DNA of 64,000 nucleotides from the NCBI RefSeq assembly GCF_040938485.1, contig NW_027270939.1, positions 434,001-498,000 of the forward strand, written 5' to 3'. This document shows, one piece after another, positions 60,857 through 64,000 of the stretch. The notes under the pieces were generated by a model. That model saw nothing but the letters and a program-made list of their open reading frames with translations, did not search any database and was not told the origin of the DNA. The position numbers and the translations under genes were made by a program. The DNA is from Diadema antillarum (lineage: Eukaryota). Within the stretch, counting starts at the first letter, position 1, and the number at the start of each line of letters is the position of its first letter.

Positions 60857-62752
60857 AGACACCCTAGTACGGATCTAGATGGTAAAAGTCAAGGTCAACA
60901 CCTTAAAATTTCGCTATTTTCCCTCTTATTTATGCAATGCCTACAGGATTTTTCTTGAAACAGAATATATACATTGTATGTCTTACCCAATAGAGATTCT
61001 CTTGGAAGTTTCTTGCCAAAAGGTCAAAGATTAAAAGGTCAAAGATCAAGTGAAAGTGCTAAATTTCACTTCTTCCACCATATCTCAAAAGTGACTCAAA
61101 GTATCATCATGAAACTTAGTAATTATCTATGCTTGTTCTACCTGACAGTGATTCTTGGGAATTTTAGGGTCAAAGGTCAAGGGACAAAGGCCTGGTTAAA
61201 ATGCTAAAATTTTACTATTTAATACTGAAATTACAGTTCTTCTCCATACTTTGAAAATTACTTAATGCATAAACTTATCAAAGGGTCAAAAGTCAAGTAA
61301 AAATCCTCAAATCCCCAAATACTTGCACTCTTAAACAATATAGCCATTCATCCAGTTATACCTACATGTAGTTCAAAGAAAGTGAACATTCAACACATTT
61401 GTGACAAGCCTGTCATTGGGGGCATACCAGTCGCCATGGCGACATCATCTATTGCCCAATTGGCATAATCAGGCACCATGCCCTGGGTTCGATAGCATGT
61501 GTTCTGGTACTGTGTGCATGTGTGTGGGATTTCGTGTTGGGATATACATGTACAGTAACTGTACAGTGTCATGTGTGTGTATGTCAATGCGTGTGCTTAA
61601 TAAAAGCACTTATGGTGCGCTGTGGCGTTTGCTCTAAATGCCCTTTCATGTGCCGCATGAGCAGCGACAGGGTGCTGTGTATGGCACTCAGTACAACTCA
61701 AGAGTGCTAGAAACTCTATTACTATTAACTGGTAAACCCTTGGCCTTCGTATGATTTTAAATGAATGGATATATCTCAAGGAGCCGTGGATCACTAACTG
61801 AGCTATTACAGAGGGCTTACATGTCCAAAACTGTCCCTAGGGAGATAATTCTGTGAAAACATGAAAGAAAAAAAATCCTTAAAAATCTTATCCCTATCTG
61901 TCTGTTAATACCAGCTACACAGTTACCAATTTACAGGCAGCCACCACATGTATGCACAGTTGTACATGCATGCCTGCCTGACCTGCGCAGGTGATGTCCA
62001 TGAATTGTAGCAGCGGCAGATGAATGAAGGAGGCATAAACATATTAGTGTGATTGTTGTGGCTAGCAAGGATGTTCAAAATTCACAGGCTTTTGTATTGC
62101 AGACTTCCCAACACTTTCCGCCATCTGGTAATCTTTTGCGGTGCAATATTGTTTTGCAAGACATTGCAGTGTTAGGCGAGCTTAAAATCATACAAATACT
62201 ATGGCATGTAAAGCTAGATAACCCTGCAATAGAGAGCAATGGCCCGGTTTACCTGCACAGGATATCACTCCGTGCTCAACGTTTTGTTAGAATGATGCAT
62301 GATCGCAAGCTATCACTATAAAATCGCAGTGTAAGGTGGGCTTTAGCGACCCTTTCAAGTGGCATTCCATACAGCAAGAGAAGCTCACCAGCTGTTCAGT
62401 GCGTGATGGTTCATGGGATATCACCTTGGCATAAAACCATGCATACGGGGATAGAGGAACCGATAATATATAGCCCGAAAGTGCATGATTGCCTAACTAG
62501 ACTGTAATGTATTATTATAGTGTGGTGTGGACAATCCAGGGGTTCAGGGGCCACACACAGTTTTGACCTTAAAATGACTCTGATTTGATATTTTGGGTCG
62601 CACGTTGTCATTGTTTGCCTTCCTTACACTCTCCCTACATGTATGTCGCTTCCCTCCCCAACTTTCCCCTGTCTAGGCTCTTCTTCTGCTAAGCAACAGT
62701 CCCTGCAAGGACTATATACACATGGTGTTACCGTAAACCTCTCTTCCTCATT

Positions 62753-62878
62753 TACTTCACCATGCAAACCTCCAAACAGTGCACATAAACGCTGCACAAC
62801 TTGCACATTTTCGTGTACTTCACCATGCAAACCTCCAAACAGTGCACATAAACGCTGCACAACTTGCACATTTTCGTG
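62753..62878. repeat. Perfect 63-bp tandem duplication
   Basis: TACTTCACCATGCAAACC...ACATTTTCGTG occurs twice. Confidence 0.92.
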
Positions 62879-64000
62879 TTCAATCACATTTGGGGTTAAA
62901 CTGTTTTAGCAGTCTTGGAGGTATTGTAAAATGTGCACCATTTATCGGAGGGGAGGTCAGTTATTGTGAAAACAGAACTAGTCAGGGCCTGCCTTGGCAG
63001 GTGGCCTGAGTGGTGTAAACAGAGAAGAGATCAAATTTTGATAGGATTTTCGAAACAGTTTGAGGGTGTTTCAAATTGTATTAAAATAGGGTATCATGTT
63101 GCATTGTTCCATGACCATTAAACCGAATAATGCAATGGCATGGCTATGGACTGGACTGGTCACCATAATGCCCCTTTTCCTTGGAGTGGTTTGATGTTGA
63201 AAGTTTGTGTTCATTTGGTATTACTAGCATAGTATCAATGATTTATATGGCCCCATTATGGTTTCATGACTTTTAAGAAAAAATGATGAGATGGTATGAT
63301 AACAATGAAGATAATGAGTAATGGTAATGGTACATATTACCTCTGATGATAGTGATAAAGAAATAAACCTAATACAATAAACCATGATCTATAATATGTA
63401 CATGGTGTACATTTGTATTACTGGCCTGGTGTCCTATGATGTACATGTACATATGCACATTCTACTGTAGGCATAGTAACAATGACGTAAAACACACAAC
63501 TTTCAACCACACGTTAGACTGGATGCATATTGAGGTACAGTGCTCACCTGATTATAGGCTGCCCCTTTAGTGGGAACGAGGCTTAACTGCAACAAAATTT
63601 GGTGTTTACCCAACAAACTTTTTTTTTTTTTTTTTTGTGCTGATTACAGTCTAAACAGACTCCCAACAGATTCTTTCTTTTATTTTCTTTCACAACAGAA
63701 AGTGGTTTGGAAGTGTTTATTTGACAGTTGCTTGTCAATAATTGTGTAGAAATAGACATGAAATATGTGCCCCATCACCATAATATCATGTCACAGATAT
63801 CATAATGTCACAAACACTAAAGCTCAGAAAACTGCAAAATATTCCTTTTGCAAAACCCCAAAAGAACAACAACAACCAAACAGATAAAGAAACCACTACA
63901 AATGCCCCAGAGTTTCATAATCATCTTGTCTAGGTTTTAGAAGGCTATGAATGTTTTGAAATTATTCAAAGTTTTTCTGTTTTTGTGAAGCATGTTGTAA

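Overview
AT-rich, intron- and repeat-rich metazoan genomic DNA. An invertebrate deuterostome such as an echinoderm is a guess from repeat style only. Three host genes are supported: the last four coding exons of MAEA (+, <1-4932), a complete 11-exon PUS1 (-, 18602-33881/33935) and an intronless GPAA1 (-, 38092-40065). MAEA and PUS1 each carry one U12-type (minor spliceosome) intron. PUS1 intron 5 holds a structurally complete DIRS1-type tyrosine-recombinase retrotransposon (24698-29681). Its sequence suggests a three-protein expression scheme: a U_UUU_UUA -1 frameshift from gag, plus optional splicing-out of the RT ORF to give an in-frame Gag-recombinase. A very young but RT-deleted Bel/Pao LTR element (47664-53432) has no tRNA-type PBS. 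Instead it has two tandem sites complementary to a motif inside its own LTR, and its 3' end is extended by exactly the spacing of those two sites, which points to Tf1-like self-priming. The rest is LINE fragments, many MITE-like DNA elements (TA-, TTAA-, TAA- and 5-8 bp-flanked) and microsatellites. All coordinates were read by eye and no database searches were run.
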